DNA from: Candidatus Woesebacteria bacterium RIFCSPHIGHO2_02_FULL_42_20
GTDB lineage: Bacteria > Patescibacteriota > Microgenomatia > UBA8517
Reading direction: 5' to 3'
Assembly (NCBI GenBank): GCA_001792535.1
Contig: MGGS01000014.1
Coordinates: forward strand, 1-62,999
DNA length: 62,999 bases
Shown here: one piece after another, positions 18,540-27,702 of the stretch
How the letters are laid out: each line of letters opens with the position of its first letter
Numbering within the stretch: position 1 is the first letter of the stretch
The notes under the pieces: generated by a model
Databases searched by the model: none
What the model saw: only the letters and a program-made list of their open reading frames with translations
What the model was told of the DNA's origin: nothing
Position numbers and translations under genes: made by a program

Positions 18540-19587
18540 TATGACTTACATAGCTATACCACATTTGACCCCATCTGGTTCTCATAATAGTATCTGCCCT
18601 CTGTTTCGCAAATAAATAAAACCATAAATCGTTATATATTTTGGCGGCAAGCCGGAAAAGATGAAGGATGGGTGTCTTAAACAAAAACCACTCGATTTGC
18701 GGACCCATTCTCCTTAGAGCCATCTCTGTAAAGAACACTATTTGTCTTGGGCTAGGTTTCTTAAACTTTAACATTGGTGGTTGATTCCCTACTAATTTGT
18801 AGTGGCTGGTTCCGACACCGTTCTTTTCACAGGTTCTAATTGTTGGCACCTCTGAGTATTTGTACCCCATTATGTCGGCCGCCAAAGCGTCCATTGCTAC
18901 AAGGTCATGGGAGGCAAAAATGTGTCCCACTTCAACAGGTGTACCAGTTTTTGGACCCGTACCCTCCATCGCCAAAATTGCATCTCCGACAGCAAATCTT
19001 AACTTGTTCGAGAAATATTTATTAACATCGGCTAAGGCTTGGGCAAGAACCAAATGAAAATTATGTCTCATATCATGAATACAACCCCACTGATTTTTTA
19101 TCGCAAAAGTTAGGCCTGACAACCCGTGTGTTTTCATTATCGGCAAAGTCACAATACTGTCAGCAGCAAGCAAAACTTCACTGACCTTCAGGTGATTTAA
19201 AACTGTTCCGTCAAATGGGATAACTTTAAATTTCGTTCTGGTAAGACTGACCAGTTCTGCATTATATTTCTTTGCCAATTTATCTATCCCTAATATTTTA
19301 AATGATATGTCTGTGTGCATCATTGCAGCAGTATCAGTATCAGCAATAATTATTTTTTTTGGTTTAACATATTTTTTTACCATCCGCAAAACCCCCTCCA
19401 ACACCATCGGAGAGGTAACTGCACATGGATATACCTTATCCCACACCGCATTAGTTTTAAGTAGAACTGTTTCTCCTTTTACATACCTCTTCCATGAAGC
19501 TAAATTCATTGCTTTTTCAACCGCATCGAAAACAAGCTCCTTTTTATTCCCCAGACCAACCGCCACGGAAGCAACAATACTCTTCAT
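18514..19587 (-). CDS. DUF362 domain protein
   Basis: 357 aa. The pattern matches my memory of DUF362: VLLKTNAV..P..VTSP.VLEGVL, IIIADTD, TLPIMKTHGLSGLTFAIKNQWG, GDAILAMEGTGPKTGTP, HDLVAMDA. An extra ~80-aa C-terminal hydrophobic/aromatic tail follows. Confidence 0.6.
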   Translation of the reverse strand: MKSIVASVAVGLGNKKELVFDAVEKAMNLASWKRYVKGETVLLKTNAVWDKVYPCAVTSPMVLEGVLRMVKKYVKPKKIIIADTDTAAMMHTDISFKILGIDKLAKKYNAELVSLTRTKFKVIPFDGTVLNHLKVSEVLLAADSIVTLPIMKTHGLSGLTFAIKNQWGCIHDMRHNFHLVLAQALADVNKYFSNKLRFAVGDAILAMEGTGPKTGTPVEVGHIFASHDLVAMDALAADIMGYKYSEVPTIRTCEKNGVGTSHYKLVGNQPPMLKFKKPSPRQIVFFTEMALRRMGPQIEWFLFKTPILHLFRLAAKIYNDLWFYLFAKQRADTIMRTRWGQMWYSYVSHNEKKRKIS

Positions 19588-19612
19588 ATATATAATATAA
19601 TAAATACTGTCA
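19588..19612. promoter_or_regulatory. 25-bp divergent spacer with -10-like box
   Basis: TATAAT at 19591-19596 lies 16 nt before the ATG at 19613. The complement strand reads TATATT/TATTAT directly before the ATG at 19587. There is no room for -35 elements outside coding DNA. Confidence 0.35.
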
Positions 19613-20167
19613 ATGATTTTACTTGCAAATTATACATCTGTCTACCGATCAAAACTACTAATCAACACTATAGAAAATTGGGTAAAAAATGATCAAAAGG
19701 TTTTAGACGTCGGTTGCGGAAATGCCGTTGTAACCAGAGAGCTACAAAAATATTTTAAAATTGACTTTGTAGGATGCGACGTACTCGACTACCGCAAAGA
19801 AATGATAAAGTTCGTTAAAATGAAGTCGGAAGATACTCTCCCTTTCAGAGAAAAGCAGTTTGATTCTACTATTTTTACAGATGTACTTCATCATACATCG
19901 AAAGATACACAGCTAAAATTAATCAAGGAGTCATTAAGAATTTCAAACAAAGTGATACTTTTTGAACTCCTACCGACAATTCGCGGGTATCTTGCTGACT
20001 TTTCGGTTAACAAAATTCACAATCGAAAAATGAGCATACCATTTACATACAGAAAATTAGAGGACTGGAAAAATGTTTTTAGATCCTTTAACGTTTCTTA
20101 CAAAACCAAACTCGTTAAGTCCCCCTGGTGGTACCCATTCTCACATGTCGCCTTTCTTTTATATTAA
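19613..20167 (+). CDS. class I SAM-dependent methyltransferase
   Basis: 184 aa with VLDVGCGNAVV, FTDVLHH and a short N-terminus. Its 3' end overlaps the convergent GT2 gene by 53 nt. Confidence 0.7.
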   Translation: MILLANYTSVYRSKLLINTIENWVKNDQKVLDVGCGNAVVTRELQKYFKIDFVGCDVLDYRKEMIKFVKMKSEDTLPFREKQFDSTIFTDVLHHTSKDTQLKLIKESLRISNKVILFELLPTIRGYLADFSVNKIHNRKMSIPFTYRKLEDWKNVFRSFNVSYKTKLVKSPWWYPFSHVAFLLY

Positions 20168-21044
20168 CTAGCATAAATCCTTCCAATGTCCCTTTCAGAA
20201 ATTTTAAATAGCCAGATAAATGCTTGTATTTAACAGCCAAATACAAATAATAGATTAAATAAATCGGCAAAAAAAACAGAAATATAAAGAGGTTTTTCCC
20301 ATATCTCCTCATAAAAATTATCCTGTTTTTGCCTAAGTTCCTGGCATACCTGACCAAAAGTCTTTCTGCGTCTTTTTGGGTATCGTACTCTATATCATGA
20401 TACGCGATTGCATCTGGGGTATAATAAGTTCTATAACCCTCAAACCTCGCCATATAGCAAAAGTCAGCGTCTTCCCAAGAAGACTCGAAAATGTTGTCAA
20501 ATCCTTCTATTTTTTCAACTAATTCTCTTTTAACCAAAATCGCAGCTGGAGAAACCCCCACTTCCACAGTTTTATCATACTGCCCCACGTCAATTCCGTT
20601 TCGAAAAATTACCTGTCCCGTCCATAAATTTATATCCGTGCCTGCAGACCAAATTCTTTTCCTTTCACTCTTGTAATAAATCTTTGGTGTCACTATTCCT
20701 ATATCATTTTTATTTTCTGCAACCTTCACCAGTTTTTCCAACATTTTCTTATCGGCAAGCATATCGTGGTCAAAAAAAAGTAGGTAATCACTTTCCTTAG
20801 CGCAAACCTCTATTCCTTTATTTCTTCCACCAGTTACTCCCAAATTTTTGTCATTTCTCACAAATTTAACAGTCTTATTTCTTTTAACTAACCTGTTAAC
20901 CAGATCGGGTGTGCTGTCAGTCGAAGCATTATCAATAACAATTGTTTCATAAGGTTTATAAGTCTGGCTGACTAAGGATTTTATACAACCAACAACGCTA
21001 GAACCCCCATTCCACGTTGGCACTATTACTGTTATCCTTTTCAT
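20115..21044 (-). CDS. glycosyltransferase family 2 (rhamnosyltransferase-like)
   Basis: 309 aa with ITVIVPTWNG, IVIDNASTDST, FFDHDM and a C-terminal TM helix. Confidence 0.8.
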   Translation of the reverse strand: MKRITVIVPTWNGGSSVVGCIKSLVSQTYKPYETIVIDNASTDSTPDLVNRLVKRNKTVKFVRNDKNLGVTGGRNKGIEVCAKESDYLLFFDHDMLADKKMLEKLVKVAENKNDIGIVTPKIYYKSERKRIWSAGTDINLWTGQVIFRNGIDVGQYDKTVEVGVSPAAILVKRELVEKIEGFDNIFESSWEDADFCYMARFEGYRTYYTPDAIAYHDIEYDTQKDAERLLVRYARNLGKNRIIFMRRYGKNLFIFLFFLPIYLIYYLYLAVKYKHLSGYLKFLKGTLEGFMLVNIKERRHVRMGTTRGT

Positions 21045-21063
21045 GCTTTGCTAATATAAATAA

Positions 21064-23187
21064 GTGGATACATTAACTTTCATATTCAACCCATCATACT
21101 TTCCACACTATTTTAAGATATTTGCTGTTCTAATCATAATTTGCTTTGGTGGGATAGCTATATTTTCACTTATTTACAGTACTAAAAACAAACTAATTAT
21201 TGTAGGCGGTGGAGCGATACTAGGTTTTTTGACTTTTCTTTTATTACTGGGATTGGCCTCTTACCTTGTTAAAGGCGAAATCGGAATAAGAATAATTTTT
21301 TTGCTGTATATTATAACTTCTGCGTTTGCATTTACCCGTAATAAAAACTTTTACAAACATCTATTTAACCCAAGGTTGAGTATTAATTCTATATTACTGA
21401 TTGGATTAATTTTGGTTAACCTGGCTTTTTTATTCCTATTTATTAGAGACGTTATTTTAGGATCCAGCGCTCCCCTTTACTGGGGGATTGCACTTTCATT
21501 TGCAAGAGGGAATTACCCAACCGTACTGCCTTGGCAACCTGAATTCTTAAGCGCATATCATCAAGGTTCAATGATGGTTATGGGTGCTATTCAAAGCTTG
21601 ACTTCTACTCACATTTCAATCATTCACAGTTCCCTGTCATTTTACCTAATATCCTCAATTTTTCTGTTCCTGACCGGGATAGCCCGTGAAAAAACTCGTT
21701 CTTTACTTTGTCTCCTGCCAGGACTCACAGCAACGGTGTTAATCGGCGGGCCGGTAATATTTATTGGAAACGCGGCTAAATTTCTACAAACAGTTGTTAG
21801 TTTTCCTCTTTTAACACCTCACGCCTGGCAACAAGCTACTTATTTTCTCGATTACTCAAGTTTTTCACTTTGGTTAGGAACCGGGGTAACCAGCCTGCAT
21901 ACTTTGATTTACAATATATACCACTCTTCCGCTTGGGCTGCATTTATATTGTTTCTTGTCTTATTCCTACTAATTCAAAACTCAGTCCGTGATTCGCTTT
22001 TGTCACCTTCACACCAGATGTCAAGATTTCGATTAGCAAACGTAAGCGAATTTCCCACCAGTGCCCCATTTTCATACCTCACAGGTTCTCCTAAATTGAC
22101 TAACCTGGGAATGTGGTTTCTTCCCAATTTTTTGATATTAGCTATTACAACTTGTTTATTTTCGTTCGCAGCAAAGTCAGTCATACCGAAGTATCTAGTC
22201 GTATCTTCAACGATAAGCGCAATATCATCCCTACTTATTGTAGAAACTTTTTTTCCAACAAACAGTGTCCGTTTCGCAAACTACGCATATCATATGATTT
22301 TTTTAGCTTTAGTTTTTGTGCTGACAGAGTTCTTAGCATACAGGCGAAGACTGTACCAATTACTCGGGTTCATTGTTGTGATTTTAGTTTTTATTCCACA
22401 ATTAATTACTACCTATTTCCCGTTTGTAAACAGGGCAATTTTTAACCAGTACGACTCTTTTACAGATTATCTTATGGTGGATTATCCTGCTTTCAGGTGG
22501 TTTGCAAAAAACGTCCCTTACGACAAGCGCATAATAGTCATCGATGAATATCCCTTTGACAAACCCAGTCTTACCCCGGCTGCCGTTGAGTCTTACGGTT
22601 TGTTTATTCCAACATCCCCTCCCGGGTACAAAGTTCATTTACCCGAAACAGGCTTGGAGTGGTTTGACGCGATAACAACACTGAATCCTTCGACCCTCAA
22701 AAAACTAAAAATTGACTATGTATTCATTAAAAATGGTGAAGAAAAGCGCTTCAGCAAGATTCGACAATCACAACTAAAAGACTCTTCCCTTTTTACTCCT
22801 AAATTAGGCGATACTTTAGGAACACTTTTCGAAGTAAGCAGCGAATTTAAACAAAAGGCGGATGATGTAAATACAATTGAGAATATTATTCAGAAAATAC
22901 CCGACAATTCCAATGTCTATATCGGTTTATTCAAAGCTCGGGAAATAAGAAGAGGTGCAGCCCTAGAATTAAAACGGAGAGTTACTCTATACGGACCTGC
23001 TTTCGCGGATCCGTATGTTGACTGGTTCGTAAAAATAGAAACTTCAATGCCTCAACTTAAGGATACAACGGACAAAGTCCAATACTTTTTACTTGATAAA
23101 GAGACGCTCCCGGTTATTTTAACTGACAAAAAGGCGGCAAAAATGATGGATAACGACTTTGCTGTCTTATGGAAAACAATGGACTAG
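21064..23187 (+). CDS. polytopic membrane protein with C-terminal soluble domain, function unknown (possible GT-C/polymerase-like)
   Basis: 707 aa with about 14 hydrophobic segments and then a ~240-aa soluble region. The only in-frame start near the 5' end is GTG at 21064, and I see no SD. I recognise no catalytic motif. Confidence 0.45.
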   Translation: MDTLTFIFNPSYFPHYFKIFAVLIIICFGGIAIFSLIYSTKNKLIIVGGGAILGFLTFLLLLGLASYLVKGEIGIRIIFLLYIITSAFAFTRNKNFYKHLFNPRLSINSILLIGLILVNLAFLFLFIRDVILGSSAPLYWGIALSFARGNYPTVLPWQPEFLSAYHQGSMMVMGAIQSLTSTHISIIHSSLSFYLISSIFLFLTGIAREKTRSLLCLLPGLTATVLIGGPVIFIGNAAKFLQTVVSFPLLTPHAWQQATYFLDYSSFSLWLGTGVTSLHTLIYNIYHSSAWAAFILFLVLFLLIQNSVRDSLLSPSHQMSRFRLANVSEFPTSAPFSYLTGSPKLTNLGMWFLPNFLILAITTCLFSFAAKSVIPKYLVVSSTISAISSLLIVETFFPTNSVRFANYAYHMIFLALVFVLTEFLAYRRRLYQLLGFIVVILVFIPQLITTYFPFVNRAIFNQYDSFTDYLMVDYPAFRWFAKNVPYDKRIIVIDEYPFDKPSLTPAAVESYGLFIPTSPPGYKVHLPETGLEWFDAITTLNPSTLKKLKIDYVFIKNGEEKRFSKIRQSQLKDSSLFTPKLGDTLGTLFEVSSEFKQKADDVNTIENIIQKIPDNSNVYIGLFKAREIRRGAALELKRRVTLYGPAFADPYVDWFVKIETSMPQLKDTTDKVQYFLLDKETLPVILTDKKAAKMMDNDFAVLWKTMD

Positions 23188-24383
23188 GAAGTAATTTTCA
23201 AAATAACTTCCAAAGCGCGCTTATCCCAAGACCAATCTTTTAGTATCATGCCCCTACCTTCTTTTCCAAGTTTAAGTCTCAGCTGTTCGTTGTTTAAAAG
23301 TCTCAAAATAGCCTCAGTAAATTTTTCCAGATCTCCAACCGGGACCTTCAACATGCCTTTTGGATAATATGATTTGTAAGACTTTAAATTAAAACCCACG
23401 GCGGGTAAACCAAAAGCCATTGCTTCGGCTGAGGCCATACCTCCCGAGTCATAAAAAGCCGGATGGACAACAACTTTACTCTGCGTAAAAATCTTGTACT
23501 TCTCTGGTCCATCATACAAATAGCCAAAAAGTTTAATATTTCTTTCCAGTTTTTTGCTCCTAATTTTTGAGACTACATTACTCATAAGTTCTCCATCCCC
23601 TATCATCCCAAGAACAGCACTGCTTCTCTTTCTAACTACCTTAGCCCAAATATCAATTAGCTCTATAACACCTTTTTGGGGGTGAAAACGGCCTTGGTAA
23701 ACTGCATCGTATATTAGTGCTTGGTGTTTGGTGATTAGTGATTGGTAGTTTATAATTTTTTCAAGATCGACGGCGCCTAAAACCACCACGGTTTTGCCCT
23801 TTTTAGCGTGATCCGGAAACTGTCTTCTCTCATTCTCATTGTTTACCAAAACATAATCAGCAAATCTTGAAATTAACGGCTTAGCCAGTTTTTGTGAAAG
23901 CCAATAAAAAAACGCAGTCAGCCTATAGGTATTTTCTCTTTTTCCCTCTCTAAAACCTTTTAATAGGCTTGGAGCTGTTTGGTACCAACCTGCTACCCAC
24001 TTAACTTTACCTCTAAACCTTACTTTGAGTAAAAAAGCCGGAAGCAAATCCATTAAGAAATCAGAGCACGAGTAAACAATATCCAACCGTTCAGGTTTTA
24101 TTTTTAAGCCCAACATGACACCGGCTAAAATTCTGGCAATATAACTAACTAAAAAGCCAAATTTAGGCAAAATGCCCATGTTAACAATTTCAAACTTAAT
24201 GTTTTTGTGCTGAAGTTTTTGCACTTGAGTAATGTTATACCCCTCTGTCCAAAGATGAATATCTAGTCTGTTCCCCCATTTGGCCCAACGCCTGGCAAAT
24301 TCTATAAATAGCCTGTCTCCTCCAGAAAGTCCAACCCCAACGGCTGCAAGTGCAAAAAAATGAAACTTTGATTTCTTAGTCAT
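23184..24383 (-). CDS. glycosyltransferase family 4 (GT-B fold)
   Basis: 399 aa with the C-terminal GT4 signature region HPAFYDSGGMASAEAMAFGLPAV. It has an ATGA overlap with the upstream gene. Confidence 0.8.
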   Translation of the reverse strand: MTKKSKFHFFALAAVGVGLSGGDRLFIEFARRWAKWGNRLDIHLWTEGYNITQVQKLQHKNIKFEIVNMGILPKFGFLVSYIARILAGVMLGLKIKPERLDIVYSCSDFLMDLLPAFLLKVRFRGKVKWVAGWYQTAPSLLKGFREGKRENTYRLTAFFYWLSQKLAKPLISRFADYVLVNNENERRQFPDHAKKGKTVVVLGAVDLEKIINYQSLITKHQALIYDAVYQGRFHPQKGVIELIDIWAKVVRKRSSAVLGMIGDGELMSNVVSKIRSKKLERNIKLFGYLYDGPEKYKIFTQSKVVVHPAFYDSGGMASAEAMAFGLPAVGFNLKSYKSYYPKGMLKVPVGDLEKFTEAILRLLNNEQLRLKLGKEGRGMILKDWSWDKRALEVILKITS

Positions 24384-25669
24384 AAATTTTTCACAAGATC
24401 GGCAACTTTCTCCCCCAATTCTACTGCATAATTAGTACCCCGATCGTGGGGATAAACTTGCTGAATATTTGCCAGGAACACACCGTTAATGGGGGTCTTA
24501 ATTGGTGGAATTTTCTCTGAATAGTTTGTAGCCACAACCGGCTGGGCAAAAGCAGTTTTAAATAGCCAATAGTCATTTATCATTGATCTTTTAAACTCTG
24601 GGTTAATTTTTTTAAGATAGGGTATAAAAATTTTTAATAATTCCTCTTTGTTCTTTGAAAAATAGTCGTGATCATGCGACAAATAGTTGCCTATATAGAG
24701 CAAGTGCTCGCCGTTGTAAAATTTATTATCCATATAATTAGTGTGTTCAACCAAAGCCAGAAACGGATAACTCCTGTCATTAATATTCAACCAGTAAGTG
24801 TTGTCTTCAAAGAACTTTTGCTTTAGTGACAAAATTAAATTTATCGCACCCAATCCCGGTAAACCTGAATAGCTATTTTTATAACTTTCCGGAATTCCGT
24901 GAGTCATTTTTATAAAGACGGTAGTTGGAAGTGTACATATTACTTTGTCAAAATAATATCTTTTACCAACACCCGTTACAACCAATATCCTGCCTTTTAT
25001 ATTTCTAAGAGATTCAACCACCGTATTGTAATGAAACTTAGCATTCAAAATCCTTAATTTTGACTCTATTTTTTGAGCAAAATTTAAAAATCCTCCAGTT
25101 GGGTAAACAAGAGAAGAAGTCCTTTTTGAAATTCTGGACCAAAACCAAGAAGCGCAAATTAAGTCCGAATATTCGCCGAATTTTCCTTTAAAAAGGGGCT
25201 CCCACAAAACCTTCCAAGAAGATGTGCCCATAACTTTTTTTATGAAACCACTTGCCGAAATTTTCTCAAACGGCTTCCAGAAAGGATTAAAACGAAGCAA
25301 CGCTATCCCAACACCGGTTCTAATTCTATCTAAAAATGGTATCGGACTAAACCTCAGAAGACTCATTGGCGAGTCCGTTTGATAAATAACACAGTCGAAA
25401 AAAGTCGATGTTTTGGGCCTTTTTGTAATCACTCTATGCTTTAACTTTTTAGCAAGATTGATTACATGAGTGTCGTTAGTGAACCAATGATGATAATGCT
25501 GCTCTAATGTCCACTTCCAATTCTTTCTCTTAAATCCACCCGCAAGTCCACCAGGACTACTTTCTTTTTCAAAGACCACTACTTTATCCCCTCTTTCGGC
25601 AAGACATAGAGCCGCTGAAAGCCCTACAAACCCTGCGCCGATAATTCCCACTTTTATTCCCATGGCCAT
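24380..25669 (-). CDS. FAD/NAD(P)-binding oxidoreductase (amine-oxidase / UDP-galactopyranose-mutase-like superfamily)
   Basis: 429 aa. The N-terminal Rossmann motif is VGIIGAGFVGLSAALCLAERGDKVVVFEKESSPGGLAG. HHWFTND and LVEHTNY strings are reminiscent of the mutase/oxidase group. Substrate is unknown. Confidence 0.6.
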   Translation of the reverse strand: MAMGIKVGIIGAGFVGLSAALCLAERGDKVVVFEKESSPGGLAGGFKRKNWKWTLEQHYHHWFTNDTHVINLAKKLKHRVITKRPKTSTFFDCVIYQTDSPMSLLRFSPIPFLDRIRTGVGIALLRFNPFWKPFEKISASGFIKKVMGTSSWKVLWEPLFKGKFGEYSDLICASWFWSRISKRTSSLVYPTGGFLNFAQKIESKLRILNAKFHYNTVVESLRNIKGRILVVTGVGKRYYFDKVICTLPTTVFIKMTHGIPESYKNSYSGLPGLGAINLILSLKQKFFEDNTYWLNINDRSYPFLALVEHTNYMDNKFYNGEHLLYIGNYLSHDHDYFSKNKEELLKIFIPYLKKINPEFKRSMINDYWLFKTAFAQPVVATNYSEKIPPIKTPINGVFLANIQQVYPHDRGTNYAVELGEKVADLVKNL

Positions 25670-27702
25670 ACTTTAAGAATTAAATCAATATAAAAATCTC
25701 CTTCTCTTTCTACCAACCAACCATTAGCGAAGCCGTTTACCAAAAAGTGGTTTTGAACCGATTTACCATCTGTTTTGGCTTTCCAGAGGTCACTATAGGT
25801 GTTGGTCAAAACCAAAATGAAATTTCCCCTCGACCCAATTACCCGTACTTTGTAATTCCTCGGGCTTATTTTTTCAAAACTAATCCCCGGCGTCCAGTTA
25901 CTTAGTTTCTTGTCGCTGTCTGTAGCCACAAAACTTAAGGGCTCAAAATTACGATCTAGCATAATCTCCATAGTTTCGTTTGAATCGCGTGCAAGTTTTA
26001 TCTCTGATACAGCATAAATACGAGGCACAACTTTGTTTTTATCCAAAGAGTAAATTTTAATTAACCCTATTTCTTTTTCAAATTTCAGATCGTGCCACTT
26101 TTTAATGTTTTCCTCGGTTATATCCATTCCTGCTTCATTTGCCCAAGATGCATCCACGTCTTTGTGAAAAATAACATTAGACACGCCTGTTGCATATAAG
26201 ATATTGCTAAATTTTTCTTGGTCCAGGTAATGCTTTAATGCCAGGTAAAAATCATCAAAGTACCGCGAGGTCCGAAGTGACTTAGATATAGACTCCCTAT
26301 CAAAGATAAACTCGGATGGTTCCAAGCCCCGATAGCCCCAACTATAGCGAATCCCGTCACCGTTTAAAAAAGGCAAATGAAATAACCTTTCACTCCCAAA
26401 GCTGTTTAAATAGGCATTCGCTGATTTATAATAATCCGGTACCTGAATCTTGACCGACCCGCTTATGAATTTACCTGTCCAAAAAGGCCAAACAAGTACC
26501 AAAGTGATAATCAATATTATTTGTGCTAATATCTTCGATAGTCTGTCTCGCTTAAATAAATAAAAGTATCCCAAGGCAAAAAAGATTGAATACGGGATTA
26601 GTATAATAAGCCCAAATTTCTCAAACGGATTCCTAAAAACGCCCATGAAAGGGAACACATTAAACAGAGTGGAAAAGAACTCTTTACCAAAAGGCGGATT
26701 TAGTCCTTTAACAAAAAATAGCGATGCTACAAGTATAAATAGCAAATATTTGTGAATTTTTGCCTTTCTGCTGACCGAAATACCCAAAATTACAACTGAC
26801 AAAACAGTTAAACTCAAAATCAAATATTTCGCTTCCCCATAAAAGCTCCACAAAGAACCCAAATTATCACCAAAATAACCTTCACGCAAAAAAATAATAC
26901 TATCGAACTTGAAAAATTTACTTAGGCCGGCTAAAACCGAAATACTGTCATTCGGAGTAGCTTGTTTGGAAAACGATTCCGAACTTAAAATCATGTAAGG
27001 AATAAGCCACCAAAAATGAAAAACAGCCCATATAAATCCGCTTAAAAAAAACGATAATATTTTTTTAATCACATTTTTTACCCTAAATACCTCATGGAGA
27101 AAAAATACCACCGAGGGAAACCAGATGGTAATAATATACGATGGTGCACCGTAAGCTATGGGTACTATCAAAGACACGCAAGAGGCAGCCAAAGCGTACC
27201 TGATACGGCTTTCGCGAACAAATTTTATTTGAAAATAGGTAAATACTGGCAGGACCGCCCAGCCTGCAATCTGTGTATACAAAAACCTCCCCCAAATCTG
27301 GATCAGACTGTATAAATTAAAAACATAAAAAACAGCAGCCACAAAGTACAAAACCTTGCTTTTATAGTTTTGTCCAAGAAGTTCTTTGGCCAAAAAGTAA
27401 AAGCCAATTAACCCAAGAAGCAAAAAGAAACATAGTAAAATTGCCTGAGTCAGCCAGTTGGTTATCCCAAGATTAACAAATACGCCAGCCAAGGAGTAAA
27501 ATGACAATCTTGGAAGATTAACCGGCAACAAATATCCAGTGCCTGTTTGGTACCAAGCCGAAGAGTACAGATATTGTGTTCTCTTGGGCTCAAACAAAGT
27601 TATACCCTCTTCTCCAGTCGCCATCATTTTTCCATCCTTAAACCAGATAAAAACCAAAAATACCGCGACCCAAAAATATAGATGTAACACTCGCTTGCTC
27701 AT
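25654..27702 (-). CDS. polytopic GT-C-like protein (AftD/DUF3367-like), shorter paralog
   Basis: 682 aa with IWFKDG, FRNPFEK (about nt 26617-26637) and C-terminal VNGFANGWLVEREGDF. It is a clear paralog of 5772-9224. Confidence 0.55.
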   Translation of the reverse strand: MSKRVLHLYFWVAVFLVFIWFKDGKMMATGEEGITLFEPKRTQYLYSSAWYQTGTGYLLPVNLPRLSFYSLAGVFVNLGITNWLTQAILLCFFLLLGLIGFYFLAKELLGQNYKSKVLYFVAAVFYVFNLYSLIQIWGRFLYTQIAGWAVLPVFTYFQIKFVRESRIRYALAASCVSLIVPIAYGAPSYIITIWFPSVVFFLHEVFRVKNVIKKILSFFLSGFIWAVFHFWWLIPYMILSSESFSKQATPNDSISVLAGLSKFFKFDSIIFLREGYFGDNLGSLWSFYGEAKYLILSLTVLSVVILGISVSRKAKIHKYLLFILVASLFFVKGLNPPFGKEFFSTLFNVFPFMGVFRNPFEKFGLIILIPYSIFFALGYFYLFKRDRLSKILAQIILIITLVLVWPFWTGKFISGSVKIQVPDYYKSANAYLNSFGSERLFHLPFLNGDGIRYSWGYRGLEPSEFIFDRESISKSLRTSRYFDDFYLALKHYLDQEKFSNILYATGVSNVIFHKDVDASWANEAGMDITEENIKKWHDLKFEKEIGLIKIYSLDKNKVVPRIYAVSEIKLARDSNETMEIMLDRNFEPLSFVATDSDKKLSNWTPGISFEKISPRNYKVRVIGSRGNFILVLTNTYSDLWKAKTDGKSVQNHFLVNGFANGWLVEREGDFYIDLILKVWPWE

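Noticed and set aside
23731-23741. The 11-mer GTGATTAGTGA occurs at both 23731 and 60521, and GTGGATGGTGA occurs at both 55301/55315 and 60538. This hinted at a dispersed short repeat or insertion footprint.
   Set aside because: In 63 kb, hundreds of 11-mer coincidences are expected by chance. Here they encode ordinary peptides (SLIT, SPSTI) in unrelated loops. Only the 14-nt perfect tandem duplication at 55301-55328 stands out.
24380-25669. The idea that the flavoenzyme next to the AftD-like gene is a DprE1 homolog (decaprenyl-P-ribose oxidase).
   Set aside because: DprE1 belongs to the VAO/FAD-linked oxidase fold, whereas this ORF has an N-terminal Rossmann GxGxxG..E..GG motif. Only the looser 'flavoenzyme remodels the donor' analogy is retained.
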